In this document: piece by piece, positions 1 to 8,535 of the stretch | Numbering within the stretch: position 1 is the stretch's first letter | Layout: each line of letters starts with the position of its first letter | Assembly (NCBI GenBank): GCA_021776475.1 | Contig: JAJFFV010000004.1 | Location: 437 to 64,436, forward strand | Length of the DNA stretch: 64,000 nucleotides | DNA from: Parvularculaceae bacterium | Lineage (GTDB): Bacteria > Pseudomonadota > Alphaproteobacteria > Caulobacterales > Parvularculaceae | Direction of reading: 5' to 3' | Made by a program: the position numbers and the translations under genes | The notes under the pieces: generated by a model | Databases searched by the model: none | What the model saw: only the letters and a program-made list of their open reading frames with translations | Told to the model about the DNA's origin: nothing

Positions 1-367
1 TCGGATGGCGCGTGTCCGTATAAGCTGCCACTCACTTTGATTTCTCAAACGACAATTTTTCGCCAATTCTGTTGAAAAACTCGAAACTTGTCAGTTTTAT
101 CCCTATACGGCTGATATATTGTCGCAAGAAGTAAGGGCTGGCTGAATCAATCAGCTCAAAAAGCTGGCGCTGGTGAATTATTGTTCTGTGGACTCTGTCG
201 AGGGAGGACCCCAAAATAGTTTTTCAACGGAATTCGCCAGAAGCGGACGTAGCGCTCTATTTGGCGAACGACCGATTTGAGGGGAAGTTAAGCCGCCGAG
301 CTAATATTAGATTCCCTGGTCAGGGGAGACACAGCTGAAGATGCGTAGCGAAATAGCTTGTTGGGGT

Positions 368-1129
368 TTAAGCGGCGTCTTCAATGAACTCATTCAGCTC
401 CTGTGACGTTTTCAGGAATAAGCGTGATATGCCGATTTTCAAATACATGTCAGAGAGAGCCAAATTGAGATCGGGTTTTAGATTCGCCGCAGACAATTCC
501 GCCACGGCTCGCTCTATCTGGTCCGCTGTTAGATCTGGCTGGCAGGTCTCCGTCCGCGAGACAGAATTCTCAAGGATGTTTATCTGTACCGGGCATTTGG
601 TGCGTATACGGTTTTCAACATCATGAGGCATGACGCTCCGCAGGCGGCTACGATAAGCAGGCACTTGTAACAGATTTATATCCTGGGTCTCTAGAAAAAA
701 GTAATATCTGGCCAGACTTTGCCGGATCTCCTCATCGATGAGCGCTTTCGACGGCCCCAGCGCCAAGAGATCATCATAGGCGTCGCGACGAAGTGTGATG
801 GGCACGTAACCACTGGCCTGATATGCATCGACCAAAAACTGTTCGCCCCATTCTTCCACCGGGCGCTCCAGCCCATCAAGTGTGGCCAATGCGTGTGCTC
901 TGTACGTCCCATAAGCATCAATCCAGATTCGTAACATCTCTTGATTGCTCGACAGTTCGGCCTGAACACTCTCAACAGCTTTTTGAGCTGTCCTTTTATT
1001 CGCCTGGGTTGCATTCCAGTTAGCAACCTGAATACCAAGGAACACACCAATAACGACGATAAAGAAGTCGATCCCAACGGCGGTCCAGTTCTGCGCTTTT
1101 ATGTGTTCTGTGACGCGTCGCAGCAGCAT
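368..1129 (-). CDS. hypothetical single-pass membrane protein
   Basis: Part of ORF 368..1294. The internal ATG at 1129 lies 5 nt after a GGGGGG SD-like run. It gives the N-terminus MLLRRVTEHIKAQNW plus one TM helix (AVGIDFFIVVIGVFLGIQVANW). No catalytic motif recognised. Confidence 0.5.
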   Translation of the reverse strand: MLLRRVTEHIKAQNWTAVGIDFFIVVIGVFLGIQVANWNATQANKRTAQKAVESVQAELSSNQEMLRIWIDAYGTYRAHALATLDGLERPVEEWGEQFLVDAYQASGYVPITLRRDAYDDLLALGPSKALIDEEIRQSLARYYFFLETQDINLLQVPAYRSRLRSVMPHDVENRIRTKCPVQINILENSVSRTETCQPDLTADQIERAVAELSAANLKPDLNLALSDMYLKIGISRLFLKTSQELNEFIEDAA

Positions 1130-1181
1130 AATTACCCCCCATGTTATCACTGTTGTGCATATAGGTATATTCGAATGGATT

Positions 1182-1662
1182 TTATAGAGCCAACCAAAAA
1201 GCCAGTTGATCTTTACCTTGAACCCGTGACCCGTATCTACCTGTAGGGTTTTTGACAGAATAAACCTGGCTGAGTAGAACCTCATGGTTGGCATTTCGGC
1301 AGGGGAAAAGGCTATGCTGCGCCCTGGAAATACCCTGCCACTGTTGATCCAACTTGGCTTTTTTGAGCGCTTCTAGCAATTCTGATGGAAACCGAGGCAC
1401 GGCGTATGCCGTACACGTTATTTTGTCTCCTTCGCGTAAGTCAGCTTTTCCACTGTGGATGAATTCGGTAAACCACCTGCCGTCTCCCCGCGGCTTGATG
1501 CTGCGCCGCCCGATATTGAGGCTGAGTGTTATCCCAACGATGAAAGTTTCGGTTCCCAAACGCCTCGATGACTTCACCTGGCACAATGCAGTGCAAGCCA
1601 CCGCCCGGATGACAACATTCAGTGACCGATTCAAACGTAATTTCTGTACCGCTTGCTGTCAT
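1182..1662 (-). pseudogene. frameshifted hypothetical Cys-containing protein, translationally coupled to the GDCCVxC gene
   Basis: The ATG at 1662 overlaps the TGA of the upstream gene (TGATG). Frame A (MTASGTEITFESVTECCHPGGGLHCIVPGEVIEAFG) stops looking like protein after about 40 codons. A +1 frame (TETFIVGITLSLNIGRRSIKPRGDGRWFTEFIHSGKADLREGDKITCTAY...) stays protein-like down to the stop at 1182. The likely junction is at coding-strand TTTGGGAACC (1551..1560). Confidence 0.35.
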
Positions 1663-1886
1663 CAGCCGCAGCAATCATCTCCCAATTGGATCGGCGGACA
1701 TTTGATGTCGCCATAGGAGCAGTAAACGCAGCAATCGCCTTTCTTGGGGCGCAGAACCACGCCGCAGCCTTTGCAGTCATAGAAGAACTGGCAGGCATCG
1801 GTCGGCATTTCGTCCATAGATTGATGGCCGCATTTCGGGCAAGTCAGTGTCGAATGCGTCTCAAAGTTCAAAGCTGTTTTGCTCAC
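1662..1886 (-). CDS. GDCCVxC-domain Cys-rich small protein (zinc-ribbon-like)
   Basis: 74 aa with CPKCG, CKGCG and the literal KKGDCCVYCSYGD string, ending DDCCG. 13 Cys in total. Confidence 0.8.
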   Translation of the reverse strand: MSKTALNFETHSTLTCPKCGHQSMDEMPTDACQFFYDCKGCGVVLRPKKGDCCVYCSYGDIKCPPIQLGDDCCG

Positions 1887-1895
1887 CGAAACTCC

Positions 1896-2291
1896 TTAGC
1901 TCTTTGCCGGATTGGCGTACGTGCCCCAAAGCCATTCCAAGACAAATGTCAGGGCGACCAGAGCGATTGTCGTATAGCTCAAATGCATCACCCTGATGAG
2001 GCCTAAATCTATCAGATCAAACCCCAGGGCAAAGATCAAACTGCCTCCCAGCACCATGACGGGGCCGGCAAGGTAACAATGAAGCCGCCCGCAGCGCATG
2101 GCATTTATGATACAGCCCACGCCCATCCAGATATATGTGCCGGCCATGATGAGGACAATCGGGGCAACGGGCAGGAACTCTTCCAAAAAATTGACCGAAC
2201 ACAACAGAATAATTGGTATGCCCCATAAAAATGCGAATGGGAGCAGCCGGCGCGACAGGTCCTTTTGCCGTTGCGCTTCAGACATGTTCAA
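1896..2291 (-). CDS. 4-TM membrane protein with conserved MRCGRLHCYLAGP motif
   Basis: 131 aa with four hydrophobic helices. The Cys motif GCIINAMRCGRLHCYLAGP is shared with the next ORF upstream. Confidence 0.65.
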   Translation of the reverse strand: MNMSEAQRQKDLSRRLLPFAFLWGIPIILLCSVNFLEEFLPVAPIVLIMAGTYIWMGVGCIINAMRCGRLHCYLAGPVMVLGGSLIFALGFDLIDLGLIRVMHLSYTTIALVALTFVLEWLWGTYANPAKS

Positions 2292-2296
2292 CCTCC

Positions 2297-2681
2297 CTAA
2301 CCATCACTGTAACGCCCCCAAATCCATTCAGGGATAAAGGTCAAGCCCACCAGAATGCCTGCCCCCCACACAACATAGCTCAGTCCATAGGGGCCCAGAT
2401 TCACAATCTCGTAGGCGACTAATACGACGCCCAGCGCAGATGCCAGCAACACAGGCCCTGCCAGATAGCAATGGCGGCGTTTGCACCGTTGTGCATTGAT
2501 CAGGCAGCCAATGCCCATCCAGACAAGGGTGGCTGAAAGAATCAATCCCGTTGAACGGAATGATGCCACGGGCAAAATTCATCGAAAATAGAAGTATGAT
2601 CGGTATGCCCCAGCCAATCATGAAACCGATCGGCTTCTGAGACATATCGCGACCTTTTCCTGCCGTGTTCCGATCAGCCAT
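2297..2681 (-). pseudogene. tandem paralog of the 1896..2291 membrane protein, interrupted by a +1 frameshift
   Basis: Frame of ORF 2328..2708 gives FMIGWGIPIILLFSMNF (paralog: FLWGIPIILLCSVNF). Frame of ORF 2297..2575 gives LPVASFRSTGLILSATLVWMGIGCLINAQRCKRRHCYLAGP (paralog: LPVAPIVLIMAGTYIWMGVGCIINAMRCGRLHCYLAGP). The two frames join at a T4 run (plus-strand A4 at 2574..2577). Confidence 0.55.
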
Positions 2682-3291
2682 TTTCTGATCCTCCGGTCCT
2701 GACTTCAATCACCTTTGCGGCAAAGCGATCGGGATTCAGTTTGTTGTCGTCACCAAGACCGCGCAGTTGATGCTCCCAATGCACTGGCGCTGGCGGATTG
2801 CCTGCTGACCACTCAGCTGTGCCATCATAGATCAGCCAGACATCCCAGGCGTAAACCTGCAGATCGAGCGCCTGTTGAATGGCCAGACCGCTTGTCCCCT
2901 CCGGGTCCCAGTAATGGAGAATATCTTTACCTTCCATCAAACGCACAGCCCGAGCCGCATGCTTTTCTTCAGCGCCCAGCGTCGGCACATAGACAATGAA
3001 AGTCTTGAGATCGGGATTTTCCCGCGTCATGTCGCCAACCGCGTTGTTCATATCGGTCAAACCGCGAAGACACGGACCGCAGGAAGGTCCGGCCACAAAC
3101 ACCAGCCTTGTCGATCCTTTGGCCACATTGAAGTCAGAAATGAACTCACTAAGGGACGCATCCAGGACGGTGTAGTCCTGTTTGGCAGCAGAATTATCTG
3201 ACAACTCACTTGCCGCCTGCGGGTACAGAAACACGGCGCCTACGATTAATACCGCGCCTATCACCACAGGAATTATCAGCTTGCGTACCAT
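2674..3291 (-). CDS. membrane-anchored thioredoxin-fold thiol:disulfide oxidoreductase (CGPC)
   Basis: ATG at 3291 follows GGAGAATAAAA. N-terminal anchor LIIPVVIGAVLIVGAVFLYP. Active-site string FVAGPSCGPCLRG. Confidence 0.7.
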   Translation of the reverse strand: MVRKLIIPVVIGAVLIVGAVFLYPQAASELSDNSAAKQDYTVLDASLSEFISDFNVAKGSTRLVFVAGPSCGPCLRGLTDMNNAVGDMTRENPDLKTFIVYVPTLGAEEKHAARAVRLMEGKDILHYWDPEGTSGLAIQQALDLQVYAWDVWLIYDGTAEWSAGNPPAPVHWEHQLRGLGDDNKLNPDRFAAKVIEVRTGGSENG

Positions 3292-3293
3292 TT

Positions 3294-3665
3294 TTATTCT
3301 CCTAGCGCGAGTTGTTGAATGACCAGCCATTGCAGGCTGGGTGCCAGATAGGCCAGCAAAAGCAATCCGGCGCTAAACCAGAGGGCGAGTCTCAGGAGCG
3401 GTCTTTGGCGCCTTTCGCAAGCTCCGTCGGCGCACGCCGGCTGCGGGCGGTAGGCACGCCAGAAGGCCCAGGCCAGAAGAAGTGTCGCCACGGCTAAGAT
3501 AAGCGGCCTGAAGGGCTCCAGGCGGCTCAGGAAAATAGCGCCGCTTACTCCGAATAAGGTCACGGCCCAGGGACCAATGCAGCAAAAACCGATCGCTGCC
3601 GCTAGCCCGCTGATCCCTACTGCGCTGCTGGTTGCTGTTGTCTCTGACAGATTGTTGTTACTCAT
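3294..3665 (-). CDS. merT: MerT-like mercuric-ion transporter family protein
   Basis: CC pair in TM1 (GFCCIGPW). The segment LEPFRPLILAVATLLLAWAFWRAYRPQPACADGAC closely parallels Tn501 MerT (LEPYRPIFIGAALVALFFAWRRIYRPAQACKPGEVC, recalled from memory). Three TM helices. Confidence 0.7.
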   Translation of the reverse strand: MSNNNLSETTATSSAVGISGLAAAIGFCCIGPWAVTLFGVSGAIFLSRLEPFRPLILAVATLLLAWAFWRAYRPQPACADGACERRQRPLLRLALWFSAGLLLLAYLAPSLQWLVIQQLALGE

Positions 3666-3696
3666 GGGTGCCCTTGCGTCTCGACCATCTGGAGAA

Positions 3697-3727
3697 ATTC
3701 TACTATCTGTAGTAACTACAGATACAA
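3697..3727 (-). promoter_or_regulatory. MerR-type promoter: TTGTAT-N19-TAGAAT with a 7-1-7 dyad CTGTAGT-A-ACTACAG (3707..3721) in the spacer
   Basis: Read on the minus strand: -35 TTGTAT (3727..3722), a 19-nt spacer, and -10 TAGAAT (3702..3697). The perfect dyad lies inside the over-long spacer, between divergent merR (3771) and merT-like (3665). Confidence 0.6.
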
Positions 3728-3770
3728 GCTGAAACGTACATTAGATTCTAACAAATTAGTGAGGTCACCC

Positions 3771-4154
3771 ATGCAAATTGGTGAATTGTCCCGGGCAGCC
3801 AGGGTCAATATCGAAACCATCCGATATTACGAAAAGATCGGCCTTGTCCCCCAGCCGCCACGCAGCGATGGCGGGCGGCGCGAGTTTGACAACATCCATC
3901 TGAAGCGGCTGGTGTTTGTCCGCCGGGCGCGAGAGCTTGGCTTCAGTATTGAAGAAGTCAAACAACTGATCGCCTTGCAGGAAACACCGCCTGCCTGCCA
4001 AGACGTTTACACCCTCACCGAACATCACCTGGCAGATATCCGTCAGAAAATCCGCGACTTGAAAAAGATGGAACGGACCCTCACTGGGCTGGCAAAACAG
4101 TGCGAACAAGGCGCCGCGCCGGCCTGCCCAATTATCGAGGCCCTGAACAGATGA
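3771..4154 (+). CDS. merR: MerR-family metal-responsive regulator (three-Cys, Hg-MerR-like)
   Basis: MQIGELSRAARVNIETIRYYEKIGL HTH. GAGG lies 5 nt upstream of the ATG at 3771. Cys76/Cys111/Cys119 (numbered from 3771) have spacing 35/8, close to the 35/9 of MerR C82/C117/C126. Confidence 0.85.
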   Translation: MQIGELSRAARVNIETIRYYEKIGLVPQPPRSDGGRREFDNIHLKRLVFVRRARELGFSIEEVKQLIALQETPPACQDVYTLTEHHLADIRQKIRDLKKMERTLTGLAKQCEQGAAPACPIIEALNR

Positions 4155-4234
4155 TGACCCCTAACCTTCAAACGCACAATTTCAAAACTTTTATCTGGAC
4201 CATTTCTTTTAATCAGTCCTGGAACTTTTATCAC

Positions 4235-6550
4235 TCATAATTTCAAGCTGCGAAGCCGCAGCGCATTTGTAATAACTGACACTGAGGAGAGGCTCATTGC
4301 CGCGGCCGCAATCATCGGGCTTAGCAAAATGCCAAACGCGGGGTAAAGAATGCCGGCGGCAATTGGGACGCCAAGCGCATTATAGACAAAAGCAAAGAAC
4401 AAATTTTGACGGATATTATTCATTGTCGCACGGCTTAATATGCGCGCCTTCGCAAGATCGATCATGTCACCTCTAACCAGGGTTACACCTGCGCTTTCCA
4501 TGGCGACATCTGTGCCGCTTCCCATAGCAATCCCTACATTTGCTTGAGCGAGCGCCGGTGCATCATTGATACCGTCCCCCGCCATAGCCACAATGAAGCC
4601 ATCCGCCTGAAGCTTTCGAATGATCCGGTTTTTGTCTCCGGGGGAAACATCTGCATAGACGTCATTAATGCCGAGCCGGCGCGCTACAGATTGGGCAGTG
4701 GCATCACTATCACCGGTGAGCATTACTACTTTCAGCAATTCTCTATGTAACATTTTTATTGCTGCCGCAGATGTTGCCTTGATCGGATCGGCCACCCCAA
4801 TCAAGCCAGCAGGTTTTCCATCTATCGCAACAAACATGACGGTCTGGCCCTCCCATCGATATTCGTCTGCTTGCGTTGCAAGTGCTTCATCAAAAGCGCC
4901 AACGCGACGCATCATTTTACTGTTTCCGATTGCTACGGTGTGATTTTTTACCGTGCCCTGAGCGCCCTCACCCGTGACAGAATTAAACTCGTCAACATCT
5001 TCTATTGTGTAGCCGCGCTCTTCCGCACCCGAAACTATCGCTTCAGCGAGAGGGTGCTCACTCGCTTTTTCGACGGCGGCCACGTAACGTAGCACGGTCT
5101 GCTCATCAAACCCTGCTGCCGGCTTGTTGGTTACGAGTTTTGGTTTGCCCTCAGTCAACGTGCCCGTTTTATCGACTACGACAACATCAACCTTTTCAAA
5201 TATTTCCAATGCTTCTGCATTCTTAATCAAAATACCATTTTGCGCGCCTTTGCCTGTTCCGACCATTATGGACATCGGTGTGGCTAGGCCAAGAGCACAC
5301 GGACAGGCTATAATCAGCACAGCAACGGCGTTGACAATCGCAAATGCCACCGCCGGACTTGGGCCAAAAAGCACCCATATGATAAAGGTGAGTATAGATA
5401 TTATTACAACGGCGGGAACAAACCATCCTGCAACTGCATCGACGAGTTTTTGAATTGGTGCTCTGGAGCGTTGAGCTTCGGCAACCATGCGCACAATCTG
5501 CGACAGCATTGTATCGCCACCTACTCTCTCAGCAGTCACAATGAGTGCACCTGTGCCGTTTACGGTACCACCAATCACCTGGTCGCCAAGCTGCTTTTCC
5601 ACGGGTATTGGTTCTCCGGAGACCATAGATTCATCAACGCTGCTATGACCTTCAAACACGGCGCCATCGACTGGAATTTTTTCACCTGGGCGAACCCGCA
5701 ATTTATCGCCAATCTCGACGTGATCGAGATCGACTTCGTCTTCCGAACCATCTTCGTTCATTCGTATGGCAGTCGGGGGTGCCAATTCCAGCAAAGCCCG
5801 TATTGCACCCGAGGTTTGGCTTCGCGCGCGTAGTTCGAGAACCTGACCGAGAAGAACCAACGTTACAATGACGGCCGCAGCTTCAAAATAGACAGAAACT
5901 TGACCATCAGTATTTCGGAAACTCTGCGGAAAAATATCCGGCAGCAGTACTGCCACGAGTGAATAAACAAAAGCTACACCGACACCAAGAGCAATCAGCG
6001 TAAACATATTGAGATTTCGTGACGTCAAAGATTGCCATCCACGAACAAAAAACGGCCAACCTCCCCACAGAACAACTGGCGTCGCTAAAAGGATTTGCAA
6101 CCACTGTTGCCAAGCTGGTGGCGCGATGTTTTCGAGTGGGCGGCCAGGAATCAAATCGCTCATGGCGTAAACAAAGAGCGGCAAGCTGAGCATTGCCGAT
6201 ATCCAAAAGCGGCGAGTCATATCATCCAGTTCAGACGTATCCTCGTCCTGGTCCAGCCTGACCGTTTCGGGTTCGAGCGCCATACCGCAAATCGGGCAAC
6301 CGCTGTTTCTAACATCTCTAACCTGGGGATGCATCGGACACGTGTAAATTACCCCATTAAACCCCTTGGGTACGTGGTCGTAATTATTGTCATTCACAAC
6401 AGGTGCGGATGAGTTGTGACTATCCGAATGGCCTTTTCCGTGACCTTGATACATTCGTGATCCAGAACTGCCTTTTTCCTTGCAGCAGTCTTGATCGTGC
6501 ACGGCTGTCGTATCACTTTTTTGGCCCAGTTTTGCGTGTGCCTTGATCAT
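4235..6550 (-). CDS. copA: Cu(I)/Ag(I)-translocating P1B-type ATPase
   Basis: 771 aa. CPC motif ([11 protein letters not shown]), DKTGTLT phosphorylation site, GDGINDAP hinge. His-rich N-terminus plus a [22 protein letters not shown] metal-binding module. Confidence 0.9.
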   Translation of the reverse strand: MIKAHAKLGQKSDTTAVHDQDCCKEKGSSGSRMYQGHGKGHSDSHNSSAPVVNDNNYDHVPKGFNGVIYTCPMHPQVRDVRNSGCPICGMALEPETVRLDQDEDTSELDDMTRRFWISAMLSLPLFVYAMSDLIPGRPLENIAPPAWQQWLQILLATPVVLWGGWPFFVRGWQSLTSRNLNMFTLIALGVGVAFVYSLVAVLLPDIFPQSFRNTDGQVSVYFEAAAVIVTLVLLGQVLELRARSQTSGAIRALLELAPPTAIRMNEDGSEDEVDLDHVEIGDKLRVRPGEKIPVDGAVFEGHSSVDESMVSGEPIPVEKQLGDQVIGGTVNGTGALIVTAERVGGDTMLSQIVRMVAEAQRSRAPIQKLVDAVAGWFVPAVVIISILTFIIWVLFGPSPAVAFAIVNAVAVLIIACPCALGLATPMSIMVGTGKGAQNGILIKNAEALEIFEKVDVVVVDKTGTLTEGKPKLVTNKPAAGFDEQTVLRYVAAVEKASEHPLAEAIVSGAEERGYTIEDVDEFNSVTGEGAQGTVKNHTVAIGNSKMMRRVGAFDEALATQADEYRWEGQTVMFVAIDGKPAGLIGVADPIKATSAAAIKMLHRELLKVVMLTGDSDATAQSVARRLGINDVYADVSPGDKNRIIRKLQADGFIVAMAGDGINDAPALAQANVGIAMGSGTDVAMESAGVTLVRGDMIDLAKARILSRATMNNIRQNLFFAFVYNALGVPIAAGILYPAFGILLSPMIAAAAMSLSSVSVITNALRLRSLKL

Positions 6551-6595
6551 GCTAAATCCTAAACGCCCTCAGATTGTTGTTGATCTCAAATACTT

Positions 6596-6612
6596 ATACC
6601 CCCTAGGGGTAT
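6596..6612. promoter_or_regulatory. CsoR-type operator dyad ATACCCC-CTA-GGGGTAT
   Basis: Perfect 7-3-7 inverted repeat, 46 nt upstream of the copA start (6550). Confidence 0.6.
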
Positions 6613-6712
6613 CTTGCACAAGGATAACTTCACACATTTTCACCCAGGCCACTACTCCTCAAAAGATGAAAATGGCGCTTGCCGTTTTTGTCCGTAGCTG
6701 TCAGCACTGCAA

Positions 6713-7279
6713 CTATTCACAATTGTTGTGCTTCTTCCATAAGCTGAGGTCATGGCCGTCGGGTGGGCTGTCACAATACGCCGCGCCATACCCGCGCAGT
6801 TTGTTATACCGGTTGACCTGAACATCCGTCAGCAGCGGTAACACCTTCAGATGCGCCGACAGGTGCGTGTAGCGCAAATCGGCGCGCACTTTCGCAATAT
6901 GTTCAAGCTGCTTTCGAAGATCGTCCGCAGTCACCGACCTTTCCTGAAAGCTGATCTCTAGCACCCGCTCCAGTCCAATCAGCCGGCGCCCTTGCGCAAT
7001 CGCGTCGCCGCGCATTTCAATAAAGATGCGGTTGATGACCTCCATCTGTGCTGGCGTCAGCTGTAGCTCTTCGCCCAGCTCAAGAACATGCGACGGCCCC
7101 GGAACGCCGTTCAACTCAGCAGCCCTTGCCAACCCCCATCCGCCGCCGCGCTCTAATTCCTCAATGTCGGCCGCAGAGAGGCTCTTGATGGCCCGTGTCT
7201 CCTCTCCGGCATACTTGGACAACCCTTCGTTCTCGAACGATATCGTCAGAACGACAAAAGCAATAAGCAAACTATTCAT
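6713..7279 (-). CDS. periplasmic LTXXQ (CpxP/Spy/ZraP-like) protein
   Basis: N-terminal hydrophobic signal. Two LTXXQ-type strings (LTPAQMEV, LTDVQVNRY). Helical, charged composition. Confidence 0.55.
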   Translation of the reverse strand: MNSLLIAFVVLTISFENEGLSKYAGEETRAIKSLSAADIEELERGGGWGLARAAELNGVPGPSHVLELGEELQLTPAQMEVINRIFIEMRGDAIAQGRRLIGLERVLEISFQERSVTADDLRKQLEHIAKVRADLRYTHLSAHLKVLPLLTDVQVNRYNKLRGYGAAYCDSPPDGHDLSLWKKHNNCE

Positions 7280-7292
7280 TCTTCTCTCCTGT

Positions 7293-7480
7293 TTTAGATC
7301 AGTACACGACCGCTCATCTGGTTATTGATCCAGTGCATCACCGCCCCCTCACCCGCCTCCTCGAACGCCTGCAACGTTGGACGCGGGACTGTCGCTTTCA
7401 AGGGCTGCAAATGTGCGCACATTTTCCGCGCGGAATTTGTCTTCGGCTTCGTCATAGCTATAGAAAACCCGTCTGTTCAT
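7293..7480 (-). pseudogene. 5' stub of a TIR-like (DUF1863/ThsB-like) gene, frameshifted and truncated
   Basis: ATG at 7480 gives MNRRVFYSYDEAEDKFRAENVRTFAALES. A second frame gives PTLQAFEEAGEGAVMHWINNQMSGRVLI followed by a stop. This pattern matches the N-terminal half of TIR-like DUF1863 proteins (RRVFFSFHY..D..R...VRN ... WEE..K.GD.AI...I...... VLIG, recalled from memory). Confidence 0.4.
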
Positions 7481-7563
7481 TATGTCCCCTTATAGTTGGA
7501 TCGGTAGTGGTCTTGCCCGCCTGTGATATTTCCTCAGGTTACGGCTCAATAACCGCTGAGCGA

Positions 7564-8535
7564 TTAATGTTCGTGGTCACCTTTAATTGGCGCGGAAGAC
7601 CAGTGGATATGGGTAATCCGCCATTGATCGTTGACCTTTTTTAGGACGATGGTTTCCATCATTCGCGAATGAATGGTGGTATCCCGGAACGCGCCATGAA
7701 CTTGCGATTCAGAAATGACCGTGGTCATGTCATCTGCCTCAATCACATTTCGTTTTTTAAGAGAAAACTCGACCGCAGCGGTAAACTCCATGTCGGCTGG
7801 CATATGGTGCGATGCGTATTCTTCAACCGACCTTTCTGCGCCGCCGCCCTCCGCGATGATCACATCCGATAACAGAATAAGCCGAACGGCCGCCTCGTCC
7901 TTCGTGCGCAATGCAGTCCCAAAAGCATTAACAACGGCCTCCGGTGAGGTTGGATAACTGCCGAGAATCGAAAGCGTATTTTCGTCGGTCGCGGCTGCGT
8001 CGTCACCATTTAAAGCTGCGGGTGCTTCCTCGTGATCATGCTCACCGTCAGACACTTCATCGCCGTGATCGTGACCATCCCCGGTGACCTGTGGCATGCT
8101 GGAGACGCCAAGACCATAGTGGTAGACAAGTTTGCCACCCCACCATGCTGTCACGTTAAGCGACAGGGCGGCAACAAACAGCAGTACAGCGAATAGCACC
8201 GACGGACGGGAGTGCCGTTTTGATCGTCGCCACATCGCTAGGCCCAATAACACGATAGCTGTCGGTACTGCCCAGTTCCGGTGCGTGGTCATAGCGGCAT
8301 GAGACGGACCGTCATGCGGCACGGTGTAGTAAGCTTGTAGGCCTGCCGCGACAGTGGCAACGATTGCAACAGCCCCGATCGCTAACATCCAGTCTCCCGC
8401 ATTTTTGAGCGTATCGCGCCAGCCACCTGATGGGAGAATCGAGACCAGCAATAAGCTGATCGCCCCCGTTGTCATTAACGCGTAGGTGAAATGGACAAGG
8501 ACTGGGTGGATGTTCGGTTCTATGAGTGTTTCCAT
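7564..8535 (-). CDS. DUF2231-like membrane domain fused to an NTF2/SnoaL-like (DUF4440) domain via a His/Asp-rich linker
   Basis: N-terminus IHPVLVHFTYAL plus 4 TM helices. Linker GDGHDHGDEVSDGEHDHEE. C-terminus ...IVLKKVNDQWRITHIHWSS, typical of an NTF2-like end. Confidence 0.6.
   Translation of the reverse strand: METLIEPNIHPVLVHFTYALMTTGAISLLLVSILPSGGWRDTLKNAGDWMLAIGAVAIVATVAAGLQAYYTVPHDGPSHAAMTTHRNWAVPTAIVLLGLAMWRRSKRHSRPSVLFAVLLFVAALSLNVTAWWGGKLVYHYGLGVSSMPQVTGDGHDHGDEVSDGEHDHEEAPAALNGDDAAATDENTLSILGSYPTSPEAVVNAFGTALRTKDEAAVRLILLSDVIIAEGGGAERSVEEYASHHMPADMEFTAAVEFSLKKRNVIEADDMTTVISESQVHGAFRDTTIHSRMMETIVLKKVNDQWRITHIHWSSAPIKGDHEH

Noticed and set aside
32-214. 60-aa minus-strand ORF at the window edge (…LFELIDSASPYFLRQYISRIGIKL…)
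   Set aside because: No start context, motif or partner that I can recognise. It may be a fragment of a gene or mobile element, but I cannot support that.
1354-1716. 120-aa plus-strand ORF opposite the mer-like operon tail
   Set aside because: Ser/Arg/Pro-rich, non-protein-like composition. It is antisense to a better-supported coupled ORF (TGATG overlap with the GDCCVxC gene).
7333-7644. 103-aa plus-strand ORF
   Set aside because: Arg/Cys/Leu-rich low-quality translation. The same DNA on the minus strand gives the recognisable TIR-like stub and the 3' end of the DUF2231 gene.
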